In this document: positions 10,010 through 19,428 of the stretch, piece after piece
Position numbering within the stretch: position 1 is the stretch's first letter
Layout of the letters: the number at the start of each line of letters is the position of its first letter
NCBI GenBank assembly: GCA_005877815.1
Contig: VBOG01000107.1
Coordinates: 51,437-115,436, forward strand
Direction of reading: 5' to 3'
Source: Nitrospirota bacterium
GTDB taxonomy: Bacteria; Nitrospirota; Nitrospiria; Nitrospirales; NS-4
Length of the DNA stretch: 64,000 bases
The notes under the pieces: model-generated
The model's database searches: none
The model's input: only the letters and a program-made list of their open reading frames with translations
What the model was told of the DNA's origin: nothing
Translations under genes and position numbers: made by a program

Positions 10010-10267
10010 GGTACCTCCTCCACTAAGGACATTGTCTTGAAGGTGAGGGAGCCGAGAGGGAATGGCAGCCGGGACTGGGCGATGTCAGAAGCAACGTCAG
10101 AACTGGCTTTCCGTTTCAGATTCCTACCGCAAGGCAACATCGGGTTCCGGGCCTCGTCGTTTCCTGACGCCATCGCGTGGCCCACGGCGATGACGCAGAA
10201 GACACATAGCACAGGGAGACAATGAAAGCAACGTCCATATTTACTTCCAAGCCCGTCTCCCGGAGAG

Positions 10268-10296
10268 TTGACGGAAGGGCGAAGGACTTGTATAAG
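10268..10296 (+). promoter_or_regulatory. sigma70-like promoter for tRNA-Thr
   Basis: TTGACG, 17 bp, TATAAG. Confidence 0.5.
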
Positions 10297-10364
10297 ATTT
10301 GATACTTCGGTCCTGATTCCTCTCCAGGTCTTCGTCCGCGCTCCTGACAAGACCTGCCTTAAAG

Positions 10365-10439
10365 GCCGGCGTAGCTCAGTGGTAGAGCAGCTGATTCGTA
10401 ATCAGCAGGTCGGTGGTTCAATCCCACTCGCCGGCTCCA
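10365..10439 (+). tRNA. tRNA-Thr (CGT)
   Basis: Cloverleaf: acceptor GCCGGCG/CGCCGGC, anticodon loop TTCGTAA, GGTTCAA T-arm, encoded CCA. Confidence 0.96.
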
Positions 10440-10472
10440 CATTCTTCAGGCGCACCTGTGATCTCGTGGTTC

Positions 10473-12353
10473 CTATCGCGTCCGTCTCGCCTTGGTCAGT
10501 GAGAACGCACCGATGGGCCCGTCCGGGTCTAAGGACGGCAGAATGACGGGGACCTGTTCCTTACCCAACTCCGCAGCGCTCGATGCCACGTGCGCACGCA
10601 GGTAGGCGAACAACTCGCCGACATCCACCCAGCCGTTATCGTTCATATCGGCCTGCCCCCGGATTCCTTTGAGGAATTGATACGTGAAGAGGCCATGCTG
10701 CCCCGCTTCCCAGGGAAGGGAAGGCCCGGGACTCGGGGACGACGCGATCAGAACGTTGCGGCCTTTTGTTCGCAGACCGGGCGCCTCCCAGAGGAGGCCG
10801 GCTGGTCCCGCCTGTCCAGTACCTTTCACCGTGTTAAATGCCACATCGGCAAGCAGAAGGTTCAACCGTGAAGGAATCCTGTTCAAGACCTCTTGAAGTC
10901 GCGTGAGTGAATAGCCACGGGGCGCGCTCTCTGGTGCGCCGGTGTCGTATGCCAAAATCGACATCTCGTGATTCGGGGCATTGAGCAAACCACTTCCCAC
11001 GAGATACACCAGCACGATTCCCGATGACTTGGCCTTTCGCGGCAGCCAATCTTCGAAGGTACTTTCAATGTCCGCCAATAATGCGCGATCATCGGTCAGC
11101 ACACGAACGTTTTCCGCCGGGAAGCCGGCAAGAGCCGTCAAGTGCTTCCCGACGATTTCGGCGTCGCGTTTCGCGAATTTCATTCGCGGCACCCCCTCGT
11201 CCCGATAGCTGCCGATACCGATCACGACGGCATACGAGGTGCGCCGTTCAAATCCCTGAGGCCGCGGAGGCACTTGGTCCACGTCGACTGAGAGCACCTC
11301 CAGCGATTCGGACGGTGCGTCCTTGACACCCGGCTGCACCATTGCCACGAATCGTTTTCGCGTCGACACTCCAAAACCTCCGGCTTCCGTAATCTGCACC
11401 ACCAACTCTGCTTGTTGATCGGCAAGAGATGCCGACAGGGTCGAGGAGATCGTGACCTGTTTCTTTTCGCCCGGCTGGATGTCGCCCAAAAATGTGGGCG
11501 AAGTGAATTCTTTGACCAATGCGGCCGTGCCCGAGAGAACGGCCGCGACACCTCGAGCGACCCCTGGGCCGCTGTTGGCGACTTCCAGCCGAATGAGGAC
11601 CTTTTCTCCTCCTTCAAGGATCTGGTTATGGTTTTCATCTTCCAATGACGCTCGGAAGCTCAGGGTCGGGGATTCGGCACTACTGCGCGGTTGAGCAGCG
11701 GCACCCGCCGCCAACTCTTGCCGCGTTCGAAGCCGGATCGCGGCATCCCTGATCCTGACCGCTTGCGTCAGACTCTCAACGACACGGTCTGAGAGTTTCT
11801 CTATCGCCTCGGTCACCGGCAACATAATACCTTGGACTCTGCACTCGGTGCCGTCCGTACGCGCCGTCCATTTCCCCTCGGCCTTGATGACGTCGTTGAA
11901 CAAACTCTTGCCTTCCGTGTCCGAAACACTGATTCGCAAGCGGATGAGGACCTTGAGCGGATATTCCCCAATTTCTCTTCTGGGAATATTGAGATTGATC
12001 TCGGACGTCTCCAGCACCGCGCTCAATACGGCATCCGCGGGCTCCTTGGCCGCCGTCCCTTCAAACGTTTTCTCGAAGACCTGCGCAGCGTCAGCCTTCA
12101 CTTGTTCTGCCAGCCGCTCGCCGAGAGGAATGGCCTGCGGCACATTGCAAGAGTCCCGGTAATACATCTGCGCTTGTTTCAAGGCGTCGGGAAGGTCGAG
12201 ACGCACCGACAGAGGAATGCTCGGCGTCTGAGGTTCGCTGGATTTGAATTCGAGCCGTGGAAAGACAACTTTTTGACCGCACCCCGATGTCGCGCCGAGA
12301 AGCAGAAGGAGTAGTGCCAGAGTTGGCCTTACCAGGCGATACGAACAGGACAA
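10473..12353 (-). CDS. lipoprotein with Ig/CARDB-like middle region and C-terminal caspase (peptidase C14)-like domain, probably inactive
   Basis: Lipobox-like ATSGC; YAVVIGIGSY, AKRDAE, HGLFTYQFLKGIRGQADMNDNGWVDVGEL, QVP; start uncertain (TTG 12353 after GAGGAG). Confidence 0.75.
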   Translation of the reverse strand: MSCSYRLVRPTLALLLLLLGATSGCGQKVVFPRLEFKSSEPQTPSIPLSVRLDLPDALKQAQMYYRDSCNVPQAIPLGERLAEQVKADAAQVFEKTFEGTAAKEPADAVLSAVLETSEINLNIPRREIGEYPLKVLIRLRISVSDTEGKSLFNDVIKAEGKWTARTDGTECRVQGIMLPVTEAIEKLSDRVVESLTQAVRIRDAAIRLRTRQELAAGAAAQPRSSAESPTLSFRASLEDENHNQILEGGEKVLIRLEVANSGPGVARGVAAVLSGTAALVKEFTSPTFLGDIQPGEKKQVTISSTLSASLADQQAELVVQITEAGGFGVSTRKRFVAMVQPGVKDAPSESLEVLSVDVDQVPPRPQGFERRTSYAVVIGIGSYRDEGVPRMKFAKRDAEIVGKHLTALAGFPAENVRVLTDDRALLADIESTFEDWLPRKAKSSGIVLVYLVGSGLLNAPNHEMSILAYDTGAPESAPRGYSLTRLQEVLNRIPSRLNLLLADVAFNTVKGTGQAGPAGLLWEAPGLRTKGRNVLIASSPSPGPSLPWEAGQHGLFTYQFLKGIRGQADMNDNGWVDVGELFAYLRAHVASSAAELGKEQVPVILPSLDPDGPIGAFSLTKARRTR

Positions 12354-12484
12354 TACCACACTCCTCGACTGTGCAATCCAGGCATCCAACCGAAGCCTTA
12401 TACAGCATGTGCTCCATGAAGGCAATGCAAACGTGGTGCGCACGAGAGTTGACCGTCTCATCGCGAAGCCGTTAGCATGAGGCG

Positions 12485-13363
12485 ATGCACGCCTCGCGCT
12501 CGCATGGCCATCACTGGCTTCTCCTGACCGATCTCCTCAGACTCCGCAACCAGACAGGCTCGCTGCTCTTGTTGTTTCCCACCCTTTGGGCGCTGGTTAT
12601 CGCCAGCAACGGACGTCCGCCGATGTCCCTGGTTGTCGTGTTTGTCGCCGGTGTCTTTCTGATGCGAAGCGCGGGCGTCGTCATCAATGATTGGTGGGAC
12701 CGCGACCTGGACCGCAATGTGACCCGTACACGCAGTCGCCCGCTGGCATCCGGCGCGCTCCCTCCCCATGTCGCGATAATCGTTTTTGTCGTGTTGCTCA
12801 TCCTGGCTGCAGGGCTTCTGACGAGCCTCAACTTCCTCACGGTCATGCTGGCACCCATCGCCGTCCTGCTCGCGATTGCGTATCCCCTTGCCAAACGCGT
12901 CACCGCCTTGCCTCAGGTGGTCTTGGGAATTGCCTTCGGGTGGGGTGTCATCATGGCATGGACGGCCGTGCGCAATGACCTGTGTTGGATCCCGATCGGA
13001 ATCTTTCTGGCGACAGTCTGTTGGGCGGTGGGATACGATACGATTTACGCTCTTCAAGACATCGGCGATGACATGCGCATCGGCATCCGCTCGACTGCCC
13101 TCCTCTTCGGCCGCCATGTGTGGGTGGCCGTGGCCCTGTCCTTCGCCGTCATGATTGTCATTCTGTCTGTGGTCGTCATCACCTCGGAGATTGGATGGCC
13201 TTTCTACGCGACGCTATTAATTGCCGCATCGGTCTTCGGCCATCAGGCCTGGAGGGTCAAGCAAGGGATTTCGCAGACGGAGGCATTCGGTCTCTTTAAG
13301 CAGCACGCATGGCTCGGCGCCCTGATTCTTGCCGGTATGTGGATCGGCGCTTGGCTGCGCTGA
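12485..13363 (+). CDS. ubiA: 4-hydroxybenzoate polyprenyltransferase
   Basis: NDWWDRDLD, RTRSRPLASG, YDTIYALQDIGDD. Confidence 0.92.
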   Translation: MHASRSHGHHWLLLTDLLRLRNQTGSLLLLFPTLWALVIASNGRPPMSLVVVFVAGVFLMRSAGVVINDWWDRDLDRNVTRTRSRPLASGALPPHVAIIVFVVLLILAAGLLTSLNFLTVMLAPIAVLLAIAYPLAKRVTALPQVVLGIAFGWGVIMAWTAVRNDLCWIPIGIFLATVCWAVGYDTIYALQDIGDDMRIGIRSTALLFGRHVWVAVALSFAVMIVILSVVVITSEIGWPFYATLLIAASVFGHQAWRVKQGISQTEAFGLFKQHAWLGALILAGMWIGAWLR

Positions 13364-13377
13364 CACGACTCTGGTCA

Positions 13378-14175
13378 CTAAGAAGACGCGGGTAGCGGCT
13401 TCTCGGGCGGCGGCGCATTCAACGTCTTAAGGAACATCATGATGGCTTTGGCGTCATCATCGCTGATGCCCAGGTTCGGCATCTTCGTTTCAGGTTTCAT
13501 GCTCTGGGGATACTTGATCCACCGGTACACCCAAGATGGGTTCAGCCGGAAACCCGCACGGTCCAGTTCGGGGCCGACTTGCCCGCCGGTCTTCCCGACT
13601 GAATGACAGGCGTTGCAGCCGTACTTGTTGAAGTAGAGTTGCTTGCCCCGCCCGGTCAATTGCGCCTCTTCGTCGGAACTCGCCGTGACCAGAGGCTTGG
13701 GGACCGCCGCCATCTTCGGCCGTTCCTTCTTGAACGAGTCCCAGTCAGCCTTTTCAAGCTTCATGCCATGCAGCGTCCGGACATAGGCCACGAGGGACCA
13801 GAGTTCTTGTTCCGAGAGCGTGTATTTGAAGGTCGGCATGGTCGGGACGGCAAACTCATCGTCGCCGATCTTGTCGCCGACATTCGGAGTGGTATCTTTC
13901 ATGTCCCGCGAGATCGTCTCGAAGATTTCCGTGTCCTTCAGCGTGCTCATCTCATCCTTGTTCGAAAGATCCTTGGGTTTCGGATCAGGCATGAGCTTCC
14001 AATTGAAGCCTACTCCGGGCTTGCCGTTCGCGCCGTGGCAGTGCGAGCAGTAGTAGGCGTAGAGGTCCGCGCCTTTTTTGACATGCTCATTCTGGAACAG
14101 GGTGCATCCGGCCACACCGACCAACACCGCCACGGCTCCCACACCCACCAGACCCACGACGTATTGCGACTTCAT
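13378..14175 (-). CDS. diheme cytochrome c lipoprotein
   Basis: CSHCH and CNACH, lipobox-like VAGC; ATGA overlap with upstream gene. Confidence 0.88.
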   Translation of the reverse strand: MKSQYVVGLVGVGAVAVLVGVAGCTLFQNEHVKKGADLYAYYCSHCHGANGKPGVGFNWKLMPDPKPKDLSNKDEMSTLKDTEIFETISRDMKDTTPNVGDKIGDDEFAVPTMPTFKYTLSEQELWSLVAYVRTLHGMKLEKADWDSFKKERPKMAAVPKPLVTASSDEEAQLTGRGKQLYFNKYGCNACHSVGKTGGQVGPELDRAGFRLNPSWVYRWIKYPQSMKPETKMPNLGISDDDAKAIMMFLKTLNAPPPEKPLPASS

Positions 14176-15122
14176 GCCGGTTGCCCTTTTTTCACCTTCC
14201 GAATAATGACGAACTCCACGCCGGCCGCCAGTACAACGGCGACAAGACCATAGAGGTAGACGGAATAGTCCATCGGCGGTTCCGCATTGAAGTACCACCA
14301 TGAGGACACGGCCTTCTGCGAACCCGATTCCTTGAAGTCCCCGCTCTCCAGTTTCTTGCCGTCCCAGACGGCGAAGGCGATATTGGGGAAGGTCCCTGTC
14401 TGGAACTGAGCATCCTGCGCATCGGTGGTGGTGAGGGCACGCACAAAGACAATCCGCCACACCCCCGTGACTTCTTCTTCCACAACACTCGTCTCTTCAT
14501 CCACGATGGGGTCGCCGGTCTTGGCATCCTTCATCGGCTCCCCTTTCGCGTCTTTTCGCAGGGCTATCTTCCGCACCTTGTAGTTGATCTTCGTCTTTTC
14601 GGGCTTCCACACGGCCTTCGCCTGAACGTCTTGCTGGGCCTCTTTTTTGAGGGTCCCGAATCCCTTCGCCGTCATATCGGCAGCCCCCGGAGTGTCGTTG
14701 CGCCAATACCAGATATTGACCGGGCCGCCTTCGACCTGGCCCATGGGCTGCCCATGGGCGAAGTGAGCCTTCTTATCCCCGACCATGAATTCAAGCGCGG
14801 CGGCGTCCGCCGGATCTTGTGTGGGATCAGCGTATTCGAGCAGAAACGCAATCTGTTTGTTGTTATGGACGGCGCGAACCTTGACGGACTTGACCGTGAC
14901 TTGTTGGATCCGCTTCTGCCAATGGACTTGGGGCGACAATGGAAACTCTGTGACGGGAAGCGTATTCCAGGCAGCCGCCGTGGGATCGGTCGGGAGGTCG
15001 CCCTGCACCAGCTTGGCGCGCACGACCACGCTCTCCTGAGAGAAAACGGAGGAGGGGGACATCAGTCCTGCTCCCGCCCCGATGAGGAGCGCAAGCAGTC
15101 TGCAATGGGTGCCCTTCATCAT
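14172..15122 (-). CDS. ethylbenzene dehydrogenase gamma-like (DOMON heme b) protein, C-terminal TM anchor; NxrC-like candidate
   Basis: Signal peptide, VKVRAVHN, VNIWYW, WRIVFVRAL, IAFAVWDG, QKAVSSW. Confidence 0.8.
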   Translation of the reverse strand: MMKGTHCRLLALLIGAGAGLMSPSSVFSQESVVVRAKLVQGDLPTDPTAAAWNTLPVTEFPLSPQVHWQKRIQQVTVKSVKVRAVHNNKQIAFLLEYADPTQDPADAAALEFMVGDKKAHFAHGQPMGQVEGGPVNIWYWRNDTPGAADMTAKGFGTLKKEAQQDVQAKAVWKPEKTKINYKVRKIALRKDAKGEPMKDAKTGDPIVDEETSVVEEEVTGVWRIVFVRALTTTDAQDAQFQTGTFPNIAFAVWDGKKLESGDFKESGSQKAVSSWWYFNAEPPMDYSVYLYGLVAVVLAAGVEFVIIRKVKKGQPA

Positions 15123-15125
15123 GAG

Positions 15126-15848
15126 TTACTCCCAGGTCCTGGGCTTCTGCCCGGCACCGGCGTATTCGGCCATGATAATTTTCCAGATCTGATCGTCTGA
15201 TAACTCAACTTCCCAACGTGGCATCGCTGATTTCCAGGGATGGCCTTCCACGGAAAGACCCACTCCCCCCTTCTTGATCCGCCAGAACAGGTAGGATTCC
15301 TGGAGCATCGCGATGGTCGTCGGATCTGAGAAGTTGGCCGGTTGCGGGTTGAACCCGTCTGAGGCCGGGCCGTTGCCGTTGAACTTTGGACCATGACAGG
15401 GCATGCAATACGCGAAGTAGAGACCTTTCCCCATCATCACATTGTCAGGTGTATTCGGAACCGGGTTCGAAAGTCCGACGAATTCGCCCGGGGGTGCCGG
15501 GTGAATGGTCCGGTTCTCTGAAGGCGGCTGAGAGCTCGGAACAAAACCACTGTACGTCTGCCACCCGACCAGCAATGGGAACAACACCAGCACCGCCAAT
15601 CTGGCCATCTTGGTTGTCCCCTCAATGCCTTCCCCACTGAGGAAGCGAAAGATCGGACCTAACAGCGCTTCCGTGGATTCTCCGCTCAGCGTCCCGTAGA
15701 CGATGATGCCGATGGTGGTGAGGAACAGGTAGAGCCAGATGAGACTCATCGGCAGGGGCGCCGTGAAGAGGGGCAAGATCAACTTCAAGAACAGGAAGAT
15801 CGCCCCTAAAAGGATGCCGCCCTTCAGCGCTAACGAGGAACTTTTCAT
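15126..15848 (-). CDS. membrane-anchored monoheme cytochrome c
   Basis: Three TM segments, CMPCH, SAMPRW. Confidence 0.87.
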   Translation of the reverse strand: MKSSSLALKGGILLGAIFLFLKLILPLFTAPLPMSLIWLYLFLTTIGIIVYGTLSGESTEALLGPIFRFLSGEGIEGTTKMARLAVLVLFPLLVGWQTYSGFVPSSQPPSENRTIHPAPPGEFVGLSNPVPNTPDNVMMGKGLYFAYCMPCHGPKFNGNGPASDGFNPQPANFSDPTTIAMLQESYLFWRIKKGGVGLSVEGHPWKSAMPRWEVELSDDQIWKIIMAEYAGAGQKPRTWE

Positions 15849-15882
15849 CTGCCTCTCCTCTCACCCTGTGTACTCACGGCAT

Positions 15883-16716
15883 TCACAACGGCTTGGCTGT
15901 CGCCTTCGCGTCCATGAGATAGGCCATGAGATCGTCGAAGTCTTTGAGCGCCAGCTTCCGATCGAACCCCTGATGATCCTTGCTCCCCAGCTTGGGCTCG
16001 GATAACACCAGGCGCCGCAATCCGGGGTCCGTCTGCCTTCCGAGTACCGGCAGCAGGTCCGTTTTGCCCTTCTCGGCGACGCCGACGGTATGGCACTTAG
16101 CGCACAGCGCTCGAAACACCTTTTGGCCGCCGGCCTTGTCGCCTATCACCAAGACCACGTCGTACGGCGCCTCGATTTCAGATGGGTCAACGGTGATCTC
16201 CTCGCCCGACATGCTCTGAAGAAACGCGATGACTGCATAAATTTCATTTTTGTTCAAGCCGATAGGCTTTTTGTTGATGTACGGCATTTTCGCGGGGAAA
16301 AACTTCGGCGGTCCGACGTGCTGGTAATCCATATAGACGTAGGCCTGTGGCTGCGTCAGACTTTCATAGAGGAATTGCCGGGTCAGTTTGGCCCCGACAC
16401 CTTTGAGATCCGGGCAGCGTCCTTCGCTGCTGCCAATCGTATGACAGAGCGCGCACTGTCCTTTGCCGAAAAAGATCTTCTGCCCGATGGCGGCCAGATC
16501 CTTCTTGTCCTTGATGGAGGCAACGTCGAACTTCTCGACGGCGGGCGGCAAGGACGCCATCTGCGGCACCCCGAGCGCGACCAACGAAAAGGCACCCAGC
16601 ACCATTGAGACAAAGGCGACCACCCGAATGAAGCGAGCCTTCACGAACAGCAGGAGGGATGCCCCCACGCCGACCACAGTCAGCCCGATCACCTGCAGCA
16701 GTTGGACTTCAGTCAT
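15883..16716 (-). CDS. membrane-anchored diheme cytochrome c
   Basis: Two TM segments, CALCH and CAKCH. Confidence 0.87.
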   Translation of the reverse strand: MTEVQLLQVIGLTVVGVGASLLLFVKARFIRVVAFVSMVLGAFSLVALGVPQMASLPPAVEKFDVASIKDKKDLAAIGQKIFFGKGQCALCHTIGSSEGRCPDLKGVGAKLTRQFLYESLTQPQAYVYMDYQHVGPPKFFPAKMPYINKKPIGLNKNEIYAVIAFLQSMSGEEITVDPSEIEAPYDVVLVIGDKAGGQKVFRALCAKCHTVGVAEKGKTDLLPVLGRQTDPGLRRLVLSEPKLGSKDHQGFDRKLALKDFDDLMAYLMDAKATAKPL

Positions 16717-16731
16717 GTGCCCTCTCCGTTC

Positions 16732-18564
16732 CTATTGACGCACCACTGGGACCGGACCTGCTCCGACGACCGGCACCCGCGTTTCCTTTTGCTGGGGCTT
16801 TTTTTCGCCGCCCAAAGAGGCCACCCAGAAAATAAACGCGACCATGAGGCAGAACAAGAAAGTGTTCAGCGACATGAAAGCCGCGGCATAGCCCAGAGCC
16901 GGGGAATAGGCGTAGGGGGAAGTATCCTGCATCACGCCATAGATATGCCAGTGGACCCGGGATGAAGAACGGGCGTACCCCATGAGGGTCATCAGCAGTA
17001 TCACCATGACCGCATTCAGGACCAGCGCGTAGCCGGCACGAGCCGGCATTACGCCCCACACCATCTCTGTGGTGGTTTTCGCGCTCTTCATCAGGAGTCC
17101 GGTCAACGGGGTGACGGTGAGTAGCACGAAGAGGACGATCAGCACTTGCGTTGTCGAGAATTTATCGATGCGGGTGATCGCCGGCACAAAGTACCCCCAG
17201 ACGCCGAGCACTACGATGACGATCGCCGCAAGCCCGAGAATCACGCCCATAACCGCCTTCGCGGCTTTCGCCCATGCGGCGGTCTCCTGCTTGCCAGCGC
17301 GCCAGTACATGATGAAGCTCATGAACGTGACCAGGATCATGAGATTCGCCACGGTCATCTTGGCCGACATCACGCCGAAGACGCCGAGCAGCGGGTGATG
17401 GGTGCCACCCATCTTGCGGGCTTCCTCAAGGCTAGCCACCAGTGAGTGGGGAGTCATCCAGATACCCAGGCACACCAGCAGGATCACCAGCATGATCAAG
17501 ATCGGCCGGCGATATTTCGGCTCCGAGCCGGGGATTCGATACATGATCCCAAGCCAGAAATAATAATTCGCCCCAAGAAACAAAATCCCAATCAGCATCG
17601 CCTGGAGAATGAACAGCCACGACAGAAAGCCGCCCATTAAGGTAATGCCCATCTGCTGGTTATACTGGTACACCTCCCGCATCAACCAGTAGCCCGCAAA
17701 CGGCAGAGGCAACATGCCGAACACTCCGATGAAGTTTCCGACGTAGCCCATCCAGTCATAGTGCACGCGCTCCTCCTGGCTGGTCGTCATCAAATACTTC
17801 AACCCTGCATAGGCGCCACAGAGAAAGCCGCCTAGGACCACGTTTGCGATCAAACGATGCACATTCAACGGCCACCACGTCGGATTCCAGGTGGCCGCCC
17901 AAGCCTTGGCCCACATGCTGCTTTCAGTGATCACAACGGGGCTCGTCTGAAAGGTCGCCCAGGAGTTCGGCACGATCATGATGAATAACGCGAAGACGTT
18001 CAATAGAAAGCCCAGGAACAGATGCATTCCTTTCTTGCGGCCCTGCATCGCGTCCCAGCCATACCAGTACAGATAGAGCGTCGCGGTCTCCAATAGAAAG
18101 AGCGCACTGTAAACCAGGAACGACGGAAAGAAGACGTCCGTCAAATAGTTCATGAGCTTCGGATACAGTCCGATCAACAGGAATAGAAGGATTCCGCCGA
18201 ACAAGGCAGTAGTCGCGTAGGCGGAGGTCAACAGTTTCGTGAATTCCTTCGCCAGCTTATCGTACCGGGGGTCCTTGGTCCGTACACCCACGATCTCGCA
18301 GACCCAGGCGAAAATCGGAACGCCGAGCACAAAACCAGCCAACAGCAGGTGCTGCTGGGCGACGATCCAGATGAGGTTCCGGCTCCCGATACCAGGGACA
18401 TCGCGATACTCAACCGCAGCACCCGCCGGCGCTTCCTGTGCCATGGCCAACCCGAGGGGAGCGGCCAGTACCAACACAAGCATCACCAGAAGCGCCGCAT
18501 AGGCCCAGACCCGCTCCGAGCGTCTCATTTCGCGTGGATGGCTGTTTCGGTGTTCCATGACCAT
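16732..18564 (-). CDS. cytochrome bd-like oxidase subunit I (CydA-like)
   Basis: AQQHLLLAGFVLG, LLETATLYLYWYGW, LNVHRLIAN, many TM helices; GGAGAG RBS. Confidence 0.85.
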   Translation of the reverse strand: MVMEHRNSHPREMRRSERVWAYAALLVMLVLVLAAPLGLAMAQEAPAGAAVEYRDVPGIGSRNLIWIVAQQHLLLAGFVLGVPIFAWVCEIVGVRTKDPRYDKLAKEFTKLLTSAYATTALFGGILLFLLIGLYPKLMNYLTDVFFPSFLVYSALFLLETATLYLYWYGWDAMQGRKKGMHLFLGFLLNVFALFIMIVPNSWATFQTSPVVITESSMWAKAWAATWNPTWWPLNVHRLIANVVLGGFLCGAYAGLKYLMTTSQEERVHYDWMGYVGNFIGVFGMLPLPFAGYWLMREVYQYNQQMGITLMGGFLSWLFILQAMLIGILFLGANYYFWLGIMYRIPGSEPKYRRPILIMLVILLVCLGIWMTPHSLVASLEEARKMGGTHHPLLGVFGVMSAKMTVANLMILVTFMSFIMYWRAGKQETAAWAKAAKAVMGVILGLAAIVIVVLGVWGYFVPAITRIDKFSTTQVLIVLFVLLTVTPLTGLLMKSAKTTTEMVWGVMPARAGYALVLNAVMVILLMTLMGYARSSSRVHWHIYGVMQDTSPYAYSPALGYAAAFMSLNTFLFCLMVAFIFWVASLGGEKKPQQKETRVPVVGAGPVPVVRQ

Positions 18565-18571
18565 CTCTCCT

Positions 18572-19423
18572 CTATTTCCCCTTCCGCTCGGGTTTCTTCG
18601 ACTCTTTGCTTTTCGCGTCTTCGAGCGACGCCAAAATAGCTTCCGCCTTGGCAAGGGAGTTCTCCGTTTTCTTGAGCGCGTCCTCAGGTTTCATGGGTTT
18701 GGCGGGTTTGCTGACCTCCGGCATCTGATAGTCCTGATGAGGATGCGGCGTCGTCACGGGAAGAACCATCCAAAAAGCTATGGTCACCAAGACCATCGCT
18801 GCGCCGAACGACGTGATCATGAGGCCAACATCATCCGGTACGCGTGCAGAATCCCATTGCCGCACCCGCTCGAAATAACTCGCCGAGCTCGTCGTGCCGG
18901 AGGACGCGATCAGGCGCTTGATGCACCACCCGAAGAGTTTGAGCCAGATCAGCAGCAACACCAGGGCGAGGATCGTCACCGGGATCGTCCATAGGAGCAG
19001 CTCGACGGTGATCTGTTCTGCAATGGGAAAGTGAGGAAACACCTTCTTGATGAGTCCGATGATCCCGGCCGCGACCTTTTTCCCGACATCGACAGCACCG
19101 CTGACGGCATAGTAAGAGATTCCGAGAACCAACCCGCCCAAGACCGCCCCTTGCCACCACAGCGTGAAGCCGACAGGCGCGTCGATGTCCAGGCCGAGAC
19201 GTTCGAGAAAGACCGTTCTCGCCGTCAAGCCCAGCGCCCAGATGTCAATCGGGATGGAGACCAACAGCAGGGCAATCAACCCTCCGCCTTCCCACGGATT
19301 GATCCCGGCCGCCAGCAGCAATAGCGCAACGATCAGTTTAAGCGGGAATCCGGTCCAGAATGCGGACCAGGACACCGCCCAGGCGAGCTTGACCGACGGA
19401 GTCTTTTCCGGTGATGGCGTCAT
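18572..19423 (-). CDS. hypothetical integral membrane protein in respiratory operon
   Basis: About 5 TM segments, HPH motif near C-terminus; tight spacing with neighbours. Confidence 0.7.
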   Translation of the reverse strand: MTPSPEKTPSVKLAWAVSWSAFWTGFPLKLIVALLLLAAGINPWEGGGLIALLLVSIPIDIWALGLTARTVFLERLGLDIDAPVGFTLWWQGAVLGGLVLGISYYAVSGAVDVGKKVAAGIIGLIKKVFPHFPIAEQITVELLLWTIPVTILALVLLLIWLKLFGWCIKRLIASSGTTSSASYFERVRQWDSARVPDDVGLMITSFGAAMVLVTIAFWMVLPVTTPHPHQDYQMPEVSKPAKPMKPEDALKKTENSLAKAEAILASLEDAKSKESKKPERKGK

Positions 19424-19428
19424 CCCCG

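Noticed and set aside
10365-10480. tRNA-Thr as an integration site
   Set aside because: No integrase and no duplicated tRNA 3' end seen in the window.
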